DNA of 64,000 bases from a candidate division Hyd24-12 bacterium UBA6080 (GTDB lineage: Bacteria > Fermentibacterota > Fermentibacteria > Fermentibacterales > JCC-6). Made by a program: the position numbers and the translations under genes. The notes beneath the pieces were generated by a model. That model was not told where the DNA came from. It was given only the letters and a program-made list of their open reading frames with translations, and did no database searches. Of the stretch, positions 1 through 8,685 are shown piece by piece; position 1 is the stretch's first letter, and the number at the start of each line of letters is the position of its first letter. The stretch is from positions 51,735 to 115,734 of the forward strand of contig DIXM01000009.1 of the NCBI GenBank assembly GCA_002436025.1, read 5' to 3'.

Positions 1-595
1 TTGCGAGCATCTCGGGGTTGTCCACTATGGAATGAAGGCCCTGAACGGCCATGTCGATCTGACGTTGGGAGAGGGCAAGGCGCTCGATGGAAGGATCGGT
101 CGCCGTGGAAGCTGTGACAACGGCGCTGGTGACAAGTGTGAGCGTGCCGTCGGCAGGGTTCCAGGAGAAGGGCGACATTTCGAACGAGGCGATCCGGAAT
201 CCCGATTTGCTGCCGGTGCTGAAGCTCAGCACGGGGTCTGCGGGGAACTGCTCAAAACCGCCGTAAACCGAGGAACGTGGGATGAGGGCAGGAATCGGCT
301 CTCCGAGTATGCCGGTGTATGCGGGAGCGATCTGGAACACCCCGAGGTTCACGGATGAGAGGACCTCGATGGTAACGTTCTGAAGGGTTTCCCCCTGGGG
401 GATAACGAAGCTTCTGGAAAGCGCGGGAAGGGCAGGAAAACCGGTTTCGAAGGCGATGGCGCCCTCAGGGATGAAGACCACCGTTTCCCCCCTGAAGTCC
501 ATGGTCTGCACCACGGCCGGGTCCAGTGAGAACTGAAAATCATAGGAGGCGGCCAATACCGTGGATGCCGCCAGGGCCAGGAGGAAGAGCTTCAT
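1..595 (-). CDS. Secreted protein, N-terminal fragment (gene continues past the left edge). Signal peptide followed by a region resembling the propeptide of C25/gingipain-type peptidases.
   Basis: Absent from the ORF track because it is open to the window edge. Hand translation of the reverse strand from ATG at 595 gives MKLFLLALAASTVLAASYDFQFSLDPAVVQTMDFRGETVVFIPEG...FPADPVLSFSTGSKSGFRIASFEMSPFSWNPADGTLTLVTSAVV, with no stop down to base 2. The family call rests on motif memory only. Confidence 0.5.
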   Translation of the reverse strand, partial: MKLFLLALAASTVLAASYDFQFSLDPAVVQTMDFRGETVVFIPEGAIAFETGFPALPALSRSFVIPQGETLQNVTIEVLSSVNLGVFQIAPAYTGILGEPIPALIPRSSVYGGFEQFPADPVLSFSTGSKSGFRIASFEMSPFSWNPADGTLTLVTSAVVTASTATDPSIERLALSQRQIDMAVQGLHSIVDNPEMLA

Positions 596-712
596 CGGAT
601 GGTTCCCCAATCAGGTGATGCCCGGTATCGGGCTTTTTTCGCGAAACGGTTCAAGGCATAACTCTCAATATAGCAGGTTTTTCAGGGAAGTGTTCCCCCC
701 CGTTTTTCCTTC

Positions 713-740
713 TTGACAGGTTGTGAACCAACCGTATGTT
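713..740 (+). promoter_or_regulatory. Candidate sigma70-type promoter of the tetR-efflux operon
   Basis: TTGACA (713-718), 16-nt spacer, TATGTT (735-740). GGAGGA Shine-Dalgarno at 765-770 lies 5 nt before the ATG at 776. Confidence 0.35.
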
Positions 741-756
741 ACTTACGGGTAAGTAA
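739..756. promoter_or_regulatory. Palindromic operator, probable TetR autoregulatory site
   Basis: TTACTTAC-GG-GTAAGTAA: perfect 8-bp inverted arms overlapping the -10 element, immediately upstream of the TetR gene. Confidence 0.45.
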
Positions 757-775
757 GAATGTCTGGAGGATATGA

Positions 776-1366
776 ATGGCGGATCCCAGGGGAAACCGCG
801 AGAAACTTCTCGACTCGGGAGTCGAGCTTCTTTCACAAAAGCGGTTCACCGACATAAAGATGGAAGAGGTGGCAGCCCTCGGGGGAGTCACCAAACCCAT
901 GGTCTACTACTATTTCGGAAGCAAGGGCGGTTTCTATAACGCCCTTGTCGACCACATGTTCGAAATCGCCCGGGAGGCTTTCAGCGGGGCTTTCCCCGAG
1001 AGCATCTCGGTACGGGAAGCTCTCAGAAGGTTCATGCTGACCCGCCTTCGGATACAGCGCGAGAACACGACCTACGCCGAGGCGTGGGACAACCTTCTTC
1101 AGGAGAGCTGGAGGCTGTGCGACATGGAGGTCTCCGGCAGACGGTTCTTCCAGGAGGTTTTCCAGCCCGTGTTCGACAGGGGCGTAAGGGATGGAGAGCT
1201 CAGACCAGATATCAAACCGGGACTGGTTCTTGCCGTTCTGGCCTCTGTGATAGAGGGCGCACTCGAAAGAAAACACATTGACACTTCCAACAATCGTCTC
1301 ATGGAACAACTTGCAGATGATGTTACAGACATTGTTTTCAATGGCATAAAAAGCGAAAAAAGGTGA
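776..1366 (+). CDS. TetR/AcrR family transcriptional repressor
   Basis: N-terminal HTH with the typical ...FTDIKMEEVAALGGVTKPMVYYYFGSKGGFYNAL motif. First gene of the efflux operon. Confidence 0.9.
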   Translation: MADPRGNREKLLDSGVELLSQKRFTDIKMEEVAALGGVTKPMVYYYFGSKGGFYNALVDHMFEIAREAFSGAFPESISVREALRRFMLTRLRIQRENTTYAEAWDNLLQESWRLCDMEVSGRRFFQEVFQPVFDRGVRDGELRPDIKPGLVLAVLASVIEGALERKHIDTSNNRLMEQLADDVTDIVFNGIKSEKR

Positions 1367-1374
1367 GATACAGC

Positions 1375-2697
1375 ATGATCAAAACATTACTGACCCTGGC
1401 CCTGACCGTGACTGTGCTTTCGGTTCCCGCAATGTCACTCTCCCTTTCCGAGGCCGTTGAGATCGCGCTTCGCAACAGGGGGGATGTCTCGGCCTCCAGG
1501 GAATCCCTCGAAAGCGCCCGTTGGGGTGCCAGGACGGCATCAACATGGTTTCTGCCACAGGTGAATGCCGTGCTGGCCTACACGAAGAACGAGGACATCT
1601 CGGGCTTCTCCATCCCGGGGATCGGGGAGATCCAGACCGGGACCACCTACCAGAGCCAGTACGGGCTTACAGCCTCGGTTCCCATCCTTGTTCCCCAGGC
1701 TGTTACAGGCTCGTCCATGGCAGGCATCTCCCGTGAACTTGCCGAGTACGACCTGGCCTCCACCGAAATAGCTGCTGTTCAGCAGGTGATCGCCTCCTTC
1801 TACGGTGTCCTGCTCTCCGAGATGCTGCTGGACGTCTCCACCGAGGCCCTGAACGTGGCCCGGGAAGGATACCGTCTGGCAGAAACCCGCTACGAGGCCG
1901 GAACGATCAGCCGATTCGAACTGCTTCAGAACCAGGTGGCTTACGAGAACCGCAAGCCCGACTCGATCTCTGCGGCCACGGGGCTCGAAAACGCCTGTGC
2001 AGCCCTCGCGGTGGCCATAGGAACCGGATGTGACGTTCCCGCAGTGGTTGAGGGCGACCTCACCGACCCCTTTCCCATTACGCTGCCCTCCACCCTTGAC
2101 GAAGCCAGGGGCGTAATGCTTGCCCACAGCCCCGGGCTGTTCACCGCCGAGGCTCTCAGGGACATGGGTGATGCCGGTGTCAGGCATGCCGCCGCAGCCT
2201 TCGGGCCGACCGTGGCTTTTCAGACATCCCTGATGTACCAGGGTGGCGCGGATGAGATCGAAGAGATCAACAGCACCATTTACAGCAGGAACCTGACCTA
2301 TTCCGTCTCGGTCTCGATACCCATCGTCAGGGGTATCACGGACTACGCCGGCTATCGTGGAGCAAGGGCTGACCGCATGGCCGCGAACGCCCGGGCCGCA
2401 GACCTGGAGAGGTACTCCGAACTGGCCCTTGTCCAGGCCTGGAACAGGCTCGCGGAAGCCAGGCAGACCGTGATCGCCGCTTCGGCCACCGTGGAACTGG
2501 CGGCTGAAGCCCTGGGTATTGCGGTAGTCTCATACGAAGCCGGGTTGATAACCCGTTTGGAGATGGACCAGGCGTTCCTGGCCCACACACAGGCAAGAAC
2601 AAACTACGCCTCGGCCCTCTACGGAATGAAAACCGCAGAGGCCGGGCTTGCGGCGGCCATGGGCATCCTGACCCTGGACGGAGAAGATTCGGAATGA
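1375..2697 (+). CDS. TolC-like outer membrane efflux protein (OEP family)
   Basis: Signal peptide MIKTLLTLALTVTVLSVPAMS, then two-repeat OEP architecture (YEAGTISRFELLQNQ / YEAGLITRLEMDQA). ATG 1375 preferred over the track start GTG 1363 because AAAGGTGAG precedes it. Confidence 0.85.
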   Translation: MIKTLLTLALTVTVLSVPAMSLSLSEAVEIALRNRGDVSASRESLESARWGARTASTWFLPQVNAVLAYTKNEDISGFSIPGIGEIQTGTTYQSQYGLTASVPILVPQAVTGSSMAGISRELAEYDLASTEIAAVQQVIASFYGVLLSEMLLDVSTEALNVAREGYRLAETRYEAGTISRFELLQNQVAYENRKPDSISAATGLENACAALAVAIGTGCDVPAVVEGDLTDPFPITLPSTLDEARGVMLAHSPGLFTAEALRDMGDAGVRHAAAAFGPTVAFQTSLMYQGGADEIEEINSTIYSRNLTYSVSVSIPIVRGITDYAGYRGARADRMAANARAADLERYSELALVQAWNRLAEARQTVIAASATVELAAEALGIAVVSYEAGLITRLEMDQAFLAHTQARTNYASALYGMKTAEAGLAAAMGILTLDGEDSE

Positions 2698-3779
2698 AAA
2701 AAACGCTTGCGCACAGCCCCTCGAGATTGATGCTCATTCTTGCCCTGGTCATGGTTTTCACGGCCTGCGGACCCTCGGGGGAAGAAGAGGAGAGAACCGT
2801 CCGCGTTGTTGTTCAGCCCGCAACAGCGGGAACCATCTCCACCGAATCCTACGCCAGCGCCAGACTGGAAGGCGCCGAAGAGGCGCTCATCTACCCGTCC
2901 ATGCCGGGGAGGGTCGAGGAAGTACTGGTCTCCGAGGGAGACGTTGTCGAGGCGGGTCAGCGGCTTATCAAGATGGACACAGACCAGCAGGCCGGTGCCG
3001 GTTCGTCCGCAGCCCTTGCCGGGCTCAGCGCCGCAAGGGCAAACCAGGAGAACGCCAGGGCCAACTTCGAAAGGCTCGAAGCCCTTTACGAAGCGGGTGC
3101 TGTCAGCGCGCAGGACCTCGACGCCGTGCGGACCGGGCTCGAAGCCGCAAGCGCCCAGCTCTCCCAGGCCCAGGCCGGTTACACCCAGGCCCGGACCGTG
3201 CGGGACAACGCCTGGATAGCGGCGCCGTTCTCCGGAAGGATAGGAAGGATATGGGCAAGGGCCGGGAACACCTCTTCGGGCGCTTCCCCACTGATCTCCA
3301 TCAGCGGCAACGGAGGGGTCCTCGCGCGGATCCTTCTCCCCGAGAGGGACATTTACAGCCTCGAAGTCGGGCAGGCCGCCTATGTAACCATCGGAGCGCT
3401 TGACAACATGTCGATTCCCGGAGTTGTGACAGCTGTTTCGCCATCGGTCGACCCCATAAGCGGCATGGTTTCCGTTGAGGTTCGATTCGACGACACCGAG
3501 GGCGTGCTTCGGCCCGGCCTCAGTGGAAGGGTTGCCGTGATAACCCGGACGGCCGATGACGCCGTTGTCTACCCCGAAAGGGTTCTCAGGCGTACAAGAT
3601 CCGGGTTCCAGGTAGCCGTCGTCGATGAAGGCAGGGCAGTCCTGAGGGAGGTCACTGTGGGCATACGAAGCCACGGGATGGTTGAGGTGGCATCTGGTGT
3701 CGAGCCCGGCGACTCGGTCATCGTCGTGGGTCAGAACAGCGTCATCGACGGCAGCCCCGTGGAAGTGGTGGAGCAATGA
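2694..3779 (+). CDS. RND efflux periplasmic adaptor (membrane fusion protein), lipoprotein
   Basis: Lipobox LVMVFTAC. Coiled-coil hairpin rich in A/Q/L, then beta-barrel region (HlyD_D23-like). ATGA overlap with the upstream gene. Confidence 0.88.
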   Translation: MKKTLAHSPSRLMLILALVMVFTACGPSGEEEERTVRVVVQPATAGTISTESYASARLEGAEEALIYPSMPGRVEEVLVSEGDVVEAGQRLIKMDTDQQAGAGSSAALAGLSAARANQENARANFERLEALYEAGAVSAQDLDAVRTGLEAASAQLSQAQAGYTQARTVRDNAWIAAPFSGRIGRIWARAGNTSSGASPLISISGNGGVLARILLPERDIYSLEVGQAAYVTIGALDNMSIPGVVTAVSPSVDPISGMVSVEVRFDDTEGVLRPGLSGRVAVITRTADDAVVYPERVLRRTRSGFQVAVVDEGRAVLREVTVGIRSHGMVEVASGVEPGDSVIVVGQNSVIDGSPVEVVEQ

Positions 3780-6700
3780 GTCTCTCCAACGTCTCGGTCC
3801 GCCGGCGCATAACCTTCTTGATGCTGTTCATCTTCATGCTGGGTATCGGCTTATTCGGCCTCACCCAGCTGGGCATCGACCTTTACCCAAAGGTCCAGTT
3901 CCCCATGATCATCGTGATGAGCTCCATGACGGGTGCCGGCCCCGAGGAGATGGAGAACCTCGTCACCCGGACGCTGGAAGAGGCCGCCTCCCGTGTGGCC
4001 AGCGTGAAAAAGATAACTTCCACCTCTTCCAACGGGATCAGTGTGATAATGGCCGAGTTTGAGTGGGGTCACGACCTCAACCAGGCCGAGACCGACATCA
4101 GAAGACAGCTCGACCTTTACGAAGACCTTCTTCCCGAGGATGCCTCGGACCCCCTGGTACTGGCGCTCGATCCCAGCCTTCAGCCCATCATGTTCATCGG
4201 CTTCTCCAGCCCGCTTCTTGACGATTTTGCCCTCAGAAGCCTTCTTGAGGGCGAGATCGAGCCCAGGCTCGCAAGGCAGCCCGGCGTCGGCTCGGTAAGC
4301 ACGCTCGGCGGCCAGGTCAGGGAGATCCAGGTAAATGTTGATCCCGCAAGGCTACAGTCCGCAGGGATCTCCCTGGGGCAGGTAACGGGAGCCATCGCCC
4401 AGGCCAGGAACGACATGCCTGCCGGCGAGCTGGAAAGTGGCGGGTTGAACATCAGCGTCAGGGTGGAATCGAGCATCGCAGGTCTGGCAGAACTTTCGCA
4501 GCTGGTAGTTGGCGGAGGGATGCACGGCCCCGTGCTGCTCCGCGATGTTGCCGACGTGATCGACGGCGAGCAGGAGGTCACCCAGTACATAAGGATGGAT
4601 GGCCAGCCCTCGCTGTTCGGCATCGTGCAGCGAAGAAGCGACGCCAACACCGTGAACGTGTGCAACGGTATCCGTGCAGAGCTCGAAGCCGTTGAGAGGG
4701 AGTACGCCGGGCAGGTGGTTCCCTACATCATGTGGGACCAGTCCGACTTCATTCAGCAGTCAATCTCCAACCTGGCGGACACCGCCGTTCAGGCATCCAT
4801 ATTGACGTTCCTTGTCCTCCTTTTCTTCCTCAGGTCACCCAAGGGGTCCCTTATTGCGGGGGCTGCGATACCCGTATCGATAATCACCACATTCGCCGTG
4901 ATGCACTTCTCCAACGTTGACCTGAACATGATCTCCCTCGCGGGGCTTGCCCTCGCTGTGGGAATGCTGGTGGACAACTCGATCGTTGTCCTTGAGAGCA
5001 TCTACAGGTACAGGACAATGGGAGAGAGTGCCTGCTCGGCAGCATGCAAGGGGTCTGAGGAGGTTGGAATGGCGATCACCGCCTCAACACTGACGACCCT
5101 GGCGGTTTTCGTGCCGATACTTTTCGTGCCGGGGCTGGCGGGCCAGATGTTCAAGGAGATGGTCCTCACCATCGTCTTCAGCCTTACCGTATCACTCTTC
5201 GTGGCCCTGAGCCTGGTTCCACTTCTCAGTTCCTTCTCTGAACGTCTGGTTCCCACCCACAAGCAGGGGAGCCTCGGTGACAGGATCAGAAGGATAACCG
5301 AGAGATGGGAGGAAGGTTACCACAAACTTTCTGTCCGCATGGTACAGAAGCGGAAGCTCGTGATACTTTCCACGCTGGGTCTCCTTGTGGCCTGCCTGGC
5401 CATGTTCCCCCTTCTCAAGACCGAGTTCATCCCCGACAACGACAACGGTTTCATAAGCATCGACATGAACGCGGCAATAGGTACCGGGCTCGAGGAAACC
5501 GACGCGATGATAAGGGCGCTTGAAGACACCCTTCCCAAACTTTTCGAAGAGGGCGACCTCATCACCTGGTACGCCCAGGTCGGACAGGAACAGGGGATCG
5601 GGGCGGTTTTCGGGGGTTCTTCCGGCAGCTGGTCCGGCGAGATGATGTTCAGGATGGTTCCCGTGAGCGAGAGAAGCCTGTCCCTTGAAGAGTACGAGGA
5701 AAGGGTCAGGGCGGTCCTCGATGAAGTTCCCGGGCTAACCTACGACATCTCCGGCGGGAACTTCATGGGGGGCAGCCCCATCGAGGTCAAGGTCTACTCC
5801 GACGACCTCGACCAGCTCGTTACCGAGGGGGAAAGGATCCGCGAGGCCATCCAGGGCATCGAGGGGGTAAGGGACGTGACCACATCCATGGACGACATGC
5901 TGCCCGAGCTCTCGTTCCGCCCCGACTACAACGCCATGGTCCTCTACGGCCTCAGCCCTTCCTTCATCGCCTCGGAGATGAGCACCGGCCTCAGGGGAAC
6001 CAACGCCGGGGTTTTCAGGGAGGGGGGGGAGGAGTACGACATAGTCGTCCGGTACCCTGAATACCTCAAGGATTCTCGGGAAGACCTCGACTACCTCCCC
6101 GTGGCGGGGATGCCCGCCGCCGGCCTCGGAACCTTCACCGAGCGAATGGTATCAACGAGCATCCAGCGTACGAACCAGCAGAGGTCGATCACCATCAACT
6201 GCGACGTTGCAGGAAGAAGCCTGGGCCAAGTTTCGGCCGATGTACGCAGGGTGGTGGATCAGGCCAACATTAACAACCTCAGGATCGAATACGGCGGAGA
6301 GATGAAGGACCAGCAGGAGACTTTCCTCTACCTCGGCATAGCCATCATCGTAGCCGCGTTCCTTGTTTACATGGTCATGGCAAGCCAGTTCGAGTCACTT
6401 CTTGAACCGTTCATCATCATATTCACGGTTCCAATGGCGGTCATCGGTGTCGTGCTGGGCCTTCTGATAACGGGCACGCCCCTTTCCGTCATGGCCCTCA
6501 TCGGCATGCTGATGCTCGCGGGCATCGTGGTGAACAACGGCATAGTTCTGGTGGACTACGCCAACCAGCTCCTCAGAAAGGGGGCTGCGACCATCGAGGA
6601 AGCTGTCACCGAAGCGGCGCGTGTGAGAATGAGGCCCATCCTGATGACTGCCCTCACAACGATACTGGCCATGCTTCCCCTTGCGCTGGGCATAGGGGAA

Positions 6701-6853
6701 GGCGCCGAATCATGGGCGCCCATGGCGGTCACGGTGATCTTCGGCATGGTGGCGGCAACAGCGCTCACGCTCCTCGTCGAGCCCTGCATCTATGTTGTCT
6801 TCGGAACCAGGCTGGCAAAAAAGGCGAAGAGGGAGTGTGACATTACGGCGTGA
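3776..6853 (+). CDS. RND efflux permease (AcrB/HAE1-like, 12 TM)
   Basis: 1025 aa with a duplicated TM/periplasmic-loop architecture. Typical motifs include SLAGLALAVGMLVDNSIVVLE and IGMLMLAGIVVNNGIVLVDY. Confidence 0.93.
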   Translation: MSLSNVSVRRRITFLMLFIFMLGIGLFGLTQLGIDLYPKVQFPMIIVMSSMTGAGPEEMENLVTRTLEEAASRVASVKKITSTSSNGISVIMAEFEWGHDLNQAETDIRRQLDLYEDLLPEDASDPLVLALDPSLQPIMFIGFSSPLLDDFALRSLLEGEIEPRLARQPGVGSVSTLGGQVREIQVNVDPARLQSAGISLGQVTGAIAQARNDMPAGELESGGLNISVRVESSIAGLAELSQLVVGGGMHGPVLLRDVADVIDGEQEVTQYIRMDGQPSLFGIVQRRSDANTVNVCNGIRAELEAVEREYAGQVVPYIMWDQSDFIQQSISNLADTAVQASILTFLVLLFFLRSPKGSLIAGAAIPVSIITTFAVMHFSNVDLNMISLAGLALAVGMLVDNSIVVLESIYRYRTMGESACSAACKGSEEVGMAITASTLTTLAVFVPILFVPGLAGQMFKEMVLTIVFSLTVSLFVALSLVPLLSSFSERLVPTHKQGSLGDRIRRITERWEEGYHKLSVRMVQKRKLVILSTLGLLVACLAMFPLLKTEFIPDNDNGFISIDMNAAIGTGLEETDAMIRALEDTLPKLFEEGDLITWYAQVGQEQGIGAVFGGSSGSWSGEMMFRMVPVSERSLSLEEYEERVRAVLDEVPGLTYDISGGNFMGGSPIEVKVYSDDLDQLVTEGERIREAIQGIEGVRDVTTSMDDMLPELSFRPDYNAMVLYGLSPSFIASEMSTGLRGTNAGVFREGGEEYDIVVRYPEYLKDSREDLDYLPVAGMPAAGLGTFTERMVSTSIQRTNQQRSITINCDVAGRSLGQVSADVRRVVDQANINNLRIEYGGEMKDQQETFLYLGIAIIVAAFLVYMVMASQFESLLEPFIIIFTVPMAVIGVVLGLLITGTPLSVMALIGMLMLAGIVVNNGIVLVDYANQLLRKGAATIEEAVTEAARVRMRPILMTALTTILAMLPLALGIGEGAESWAPMAVTVIFGMVAATALTLLVEPCIYVVFGTRLAKKAKRECDITA

Positions 6854-6958
6854 GGTTCTGAACCTCGACAACGGGCACTCTCCGGTATGCGCGGGTTGCG
6901 GCGGGTATGACGCCGCGGCCCGCCGTGCTTTAGATTCGACGGGGAAAGGGGGCAGCCG

Positions 6959-8674
6959 GTGAATCCTCTCGAATACTACGCAAGGTTCATGGACGACACG
7001 GCGCTGGCCGTTTTCGACCGCCGCCTCAAGCTTGTGGACGCCAATCAGGCCTTTGCCACAGCCTTTGGTGAAGGCTCCGATCTCTCGCTGGACAGGGTCC
7101 TGGCGGGCATGGAGCAGTCCGAGGGGGTTCTTCCCTCACTGCTCTACGAGCTTGAGCTGCAGGGCCGGACCTCCCCGGTCAGTCTTGCCCTTAACACCGA
7201 CAAATACAGGTTCCTTTTCAAGGTATCGCTGTTCCGGCTCGGGGAGTCCGACGGAGACATGGTTCTGGCGAGCTTCAGGGATGAGACCGAGAAGGGGTTC
7301 ATGGAACAGACCCTTCGCGACAGGAACCTCTCCCTTGTGACGATCTCCCCGGGTATTCCCGTTGGCTTCTTCAGGGCGGCCCGGTCCGGCAACATCATCT
7401 CCGTGAACAGACCCCTGGTGGAAATGCTTGGTTACGAGAACGAGTACGAGCTTTTCAACGCCCGCATCGAGGATACATGGGTGGACCCATCGGACCGGGA
7501 ACGGATGCTCCAGAACCTCATGGACAACGACACCGTCTCCGGGATGGAAGCCCTGTGGATGCGGCGGGACAAGGGCAGACTGTGGGTTTCCATAAGCGCC
7601 TACGGTGTTTCGGGTGAATCCGGTGAAACCCTTGTCTTCGATGCCGTGATCCTCGACATAACGAAGAGGAAGGAAGCCGAGGACGAACTCAGGAGTTACC
7701 GCAACCGGCTCCAGGAGATGGTTGACGAGAAGACAGGCGAACTTACCAGGGCCAACGACATGCTTGTTCTCGAGGTGGCGGAGCGGCAGAAAGCCGAGAC
7801 CGTTCAGTCCGTCCTCCACGCGATCACCGACGCAGCGGTGACCGCTCAGTCGCTTTTCGGCCTTCTGGAAGAGATACATGCCCAGATGTCGAGGCTTTTC
7901 TACACACCCAACCTCTATTTCGCGTTCTACGATCCGGCGGACAACTCCTACTCCTTCCCCTACGCCATCGACCAGCAGGACGGAGCGGTTGGCCTCACCA
8001 TTCCGGGCTACATGGAGGGGACGCTCACCGACCTTGTCCGGACCACGGGCGAACCCCGTCTTGTGGACAGGGCCTCGTTCACCGAGCTTCTGGCTCAGGG
8101 AAGTATCAGGGAGGTGGGATCGCCATCCGAGCAGTGGATCGGCGTTCCCCTCAGAGACTCCTCGGGGGTCTGGGGTGTGCTGGCCACACAGAGCTACGAG
8201 ATGGTCAACGCATATTCACGCGATGACCTCGTGCTGTTCGCCAGGATCGCCGAGCACGTGGCCCTGGCCATAAGCAGACACAGGACCGAGCAGGAACTCC
8301 GCAGGAACGGAGCCCTTTTCCGTGCGGTCCTCGAGGCTGAGAACCGCGGGATAATAGTCACCGATTCAGACGGAATGGTCGTGTACATAAACCCCGTGCT
8401 CTCCCGCGAGATGGAGATCCCCCCCGAGCATGTCAGGGGACGGGAACTCTCGAACATCCTCCACGCGGAAGACCAGCTTCCCCTGGCGGAAGCCGTTGAG
8501 AACTGGAAAAGGGGGGGGGCCAGACCAGCTCTGCTTAGGATCCTTTCGGGGGCCTGCACCGTCAGCGCCCAGCCGCTGCGTGATTCCACGGGCCGGCTTC
8601 TCGGGATGATAGCCATCGAGGATAGTATCGAGGAGATCCATCCCCGGGACCTCACCGAGCCTTCGGAACCCTGA
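6959..8674 (+). CDS. Cytoplasmic PAS-PAS-GAF-PAS sensor protein without a recognisable output domain
   Basis: PAS-like segments (SVNRPLVEMLGYENEYELFN..., IVTDSDGMVVYINPVL...), coiled-coil linker, GAF-like block (WIGVPLRDSSGVWGVLATQSYE). No HisKA/HATPase, GGDEF or HTH at the C-terminus. GTG start preceded by GAAAGGGGG. Confidence 0.75.
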   Translation: MNPLEYYARFMDDTALAVFDRRLKLVDANQAFATAFGEGSDLSLDRVLAGMEQSEGVLPSLLYELELQGRTSPVSLALNTDKYRFLFKVSLFRLGESDGDMVLASFRDETEKGFMEQTLRDRNLSLVTISPGIPVGFFRAARSGNIISVNRPLVEMLGYENEYELFNARIEDTWVDPSDRERMLQNLMDNDTVSGMEALWMRRDKGRLWVSISAYGVSGESGETLVFDAVILDITKRKEAEDELRSYRNRLQEMVDEKTGELTRANDMLVLEVAERQKAETVQSVLHAITDAAVTAQSLFGLLEEIHAQMSRLFYTPNLYFAFYDPADNSYSFPYAIDQQDGAVGLTIPGYMEGTLTDLVRTTGEPRLVDRASFTELLAQGSIREVGSPSEQWIGVPLRDSSGVWGVLATQSYEMVNAYSRDDLVLFARIAEHVALAISRHRTEQELRRNGALFRAVLEAENRGIIVTDSDGMVVYINPVLSREMEIPPEHVRGRELSNILHAEDQLPLAEAVENWKRGGARPALLRILSGACTVSAQPLRDSTGRLLGMIAIEDSIEEIHPRDLTEPSEP

Positions 8675-8685
8675 GGGGTTCGGGG

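Noticed and set aside
2619-3776. 385-aa ORF antisense to the membrane-fusion-protein gene. Similar long antisense ORFs include 14050-14811, 26111-27019, 24238-24954, 30029-31084, 34902-35801, 39796-40638 and 53554-54639.
   Set aside because: These are typical shadow ORFs of a GC-rich genome. Their translations are Arg/Gly/Pro/His-rich and low-complexity, with no motifs. The opposite strand carries clear family signatures and GC3-biased codon usage.
6854-6875. GAGGTTC-T-GAACCTC inverted repeat after the RND gene, considered as an intrinsic terminator
   Set aside because: The loop is too small for the full stem, and no U-tract follows. Support is not strong enough to annotate it.
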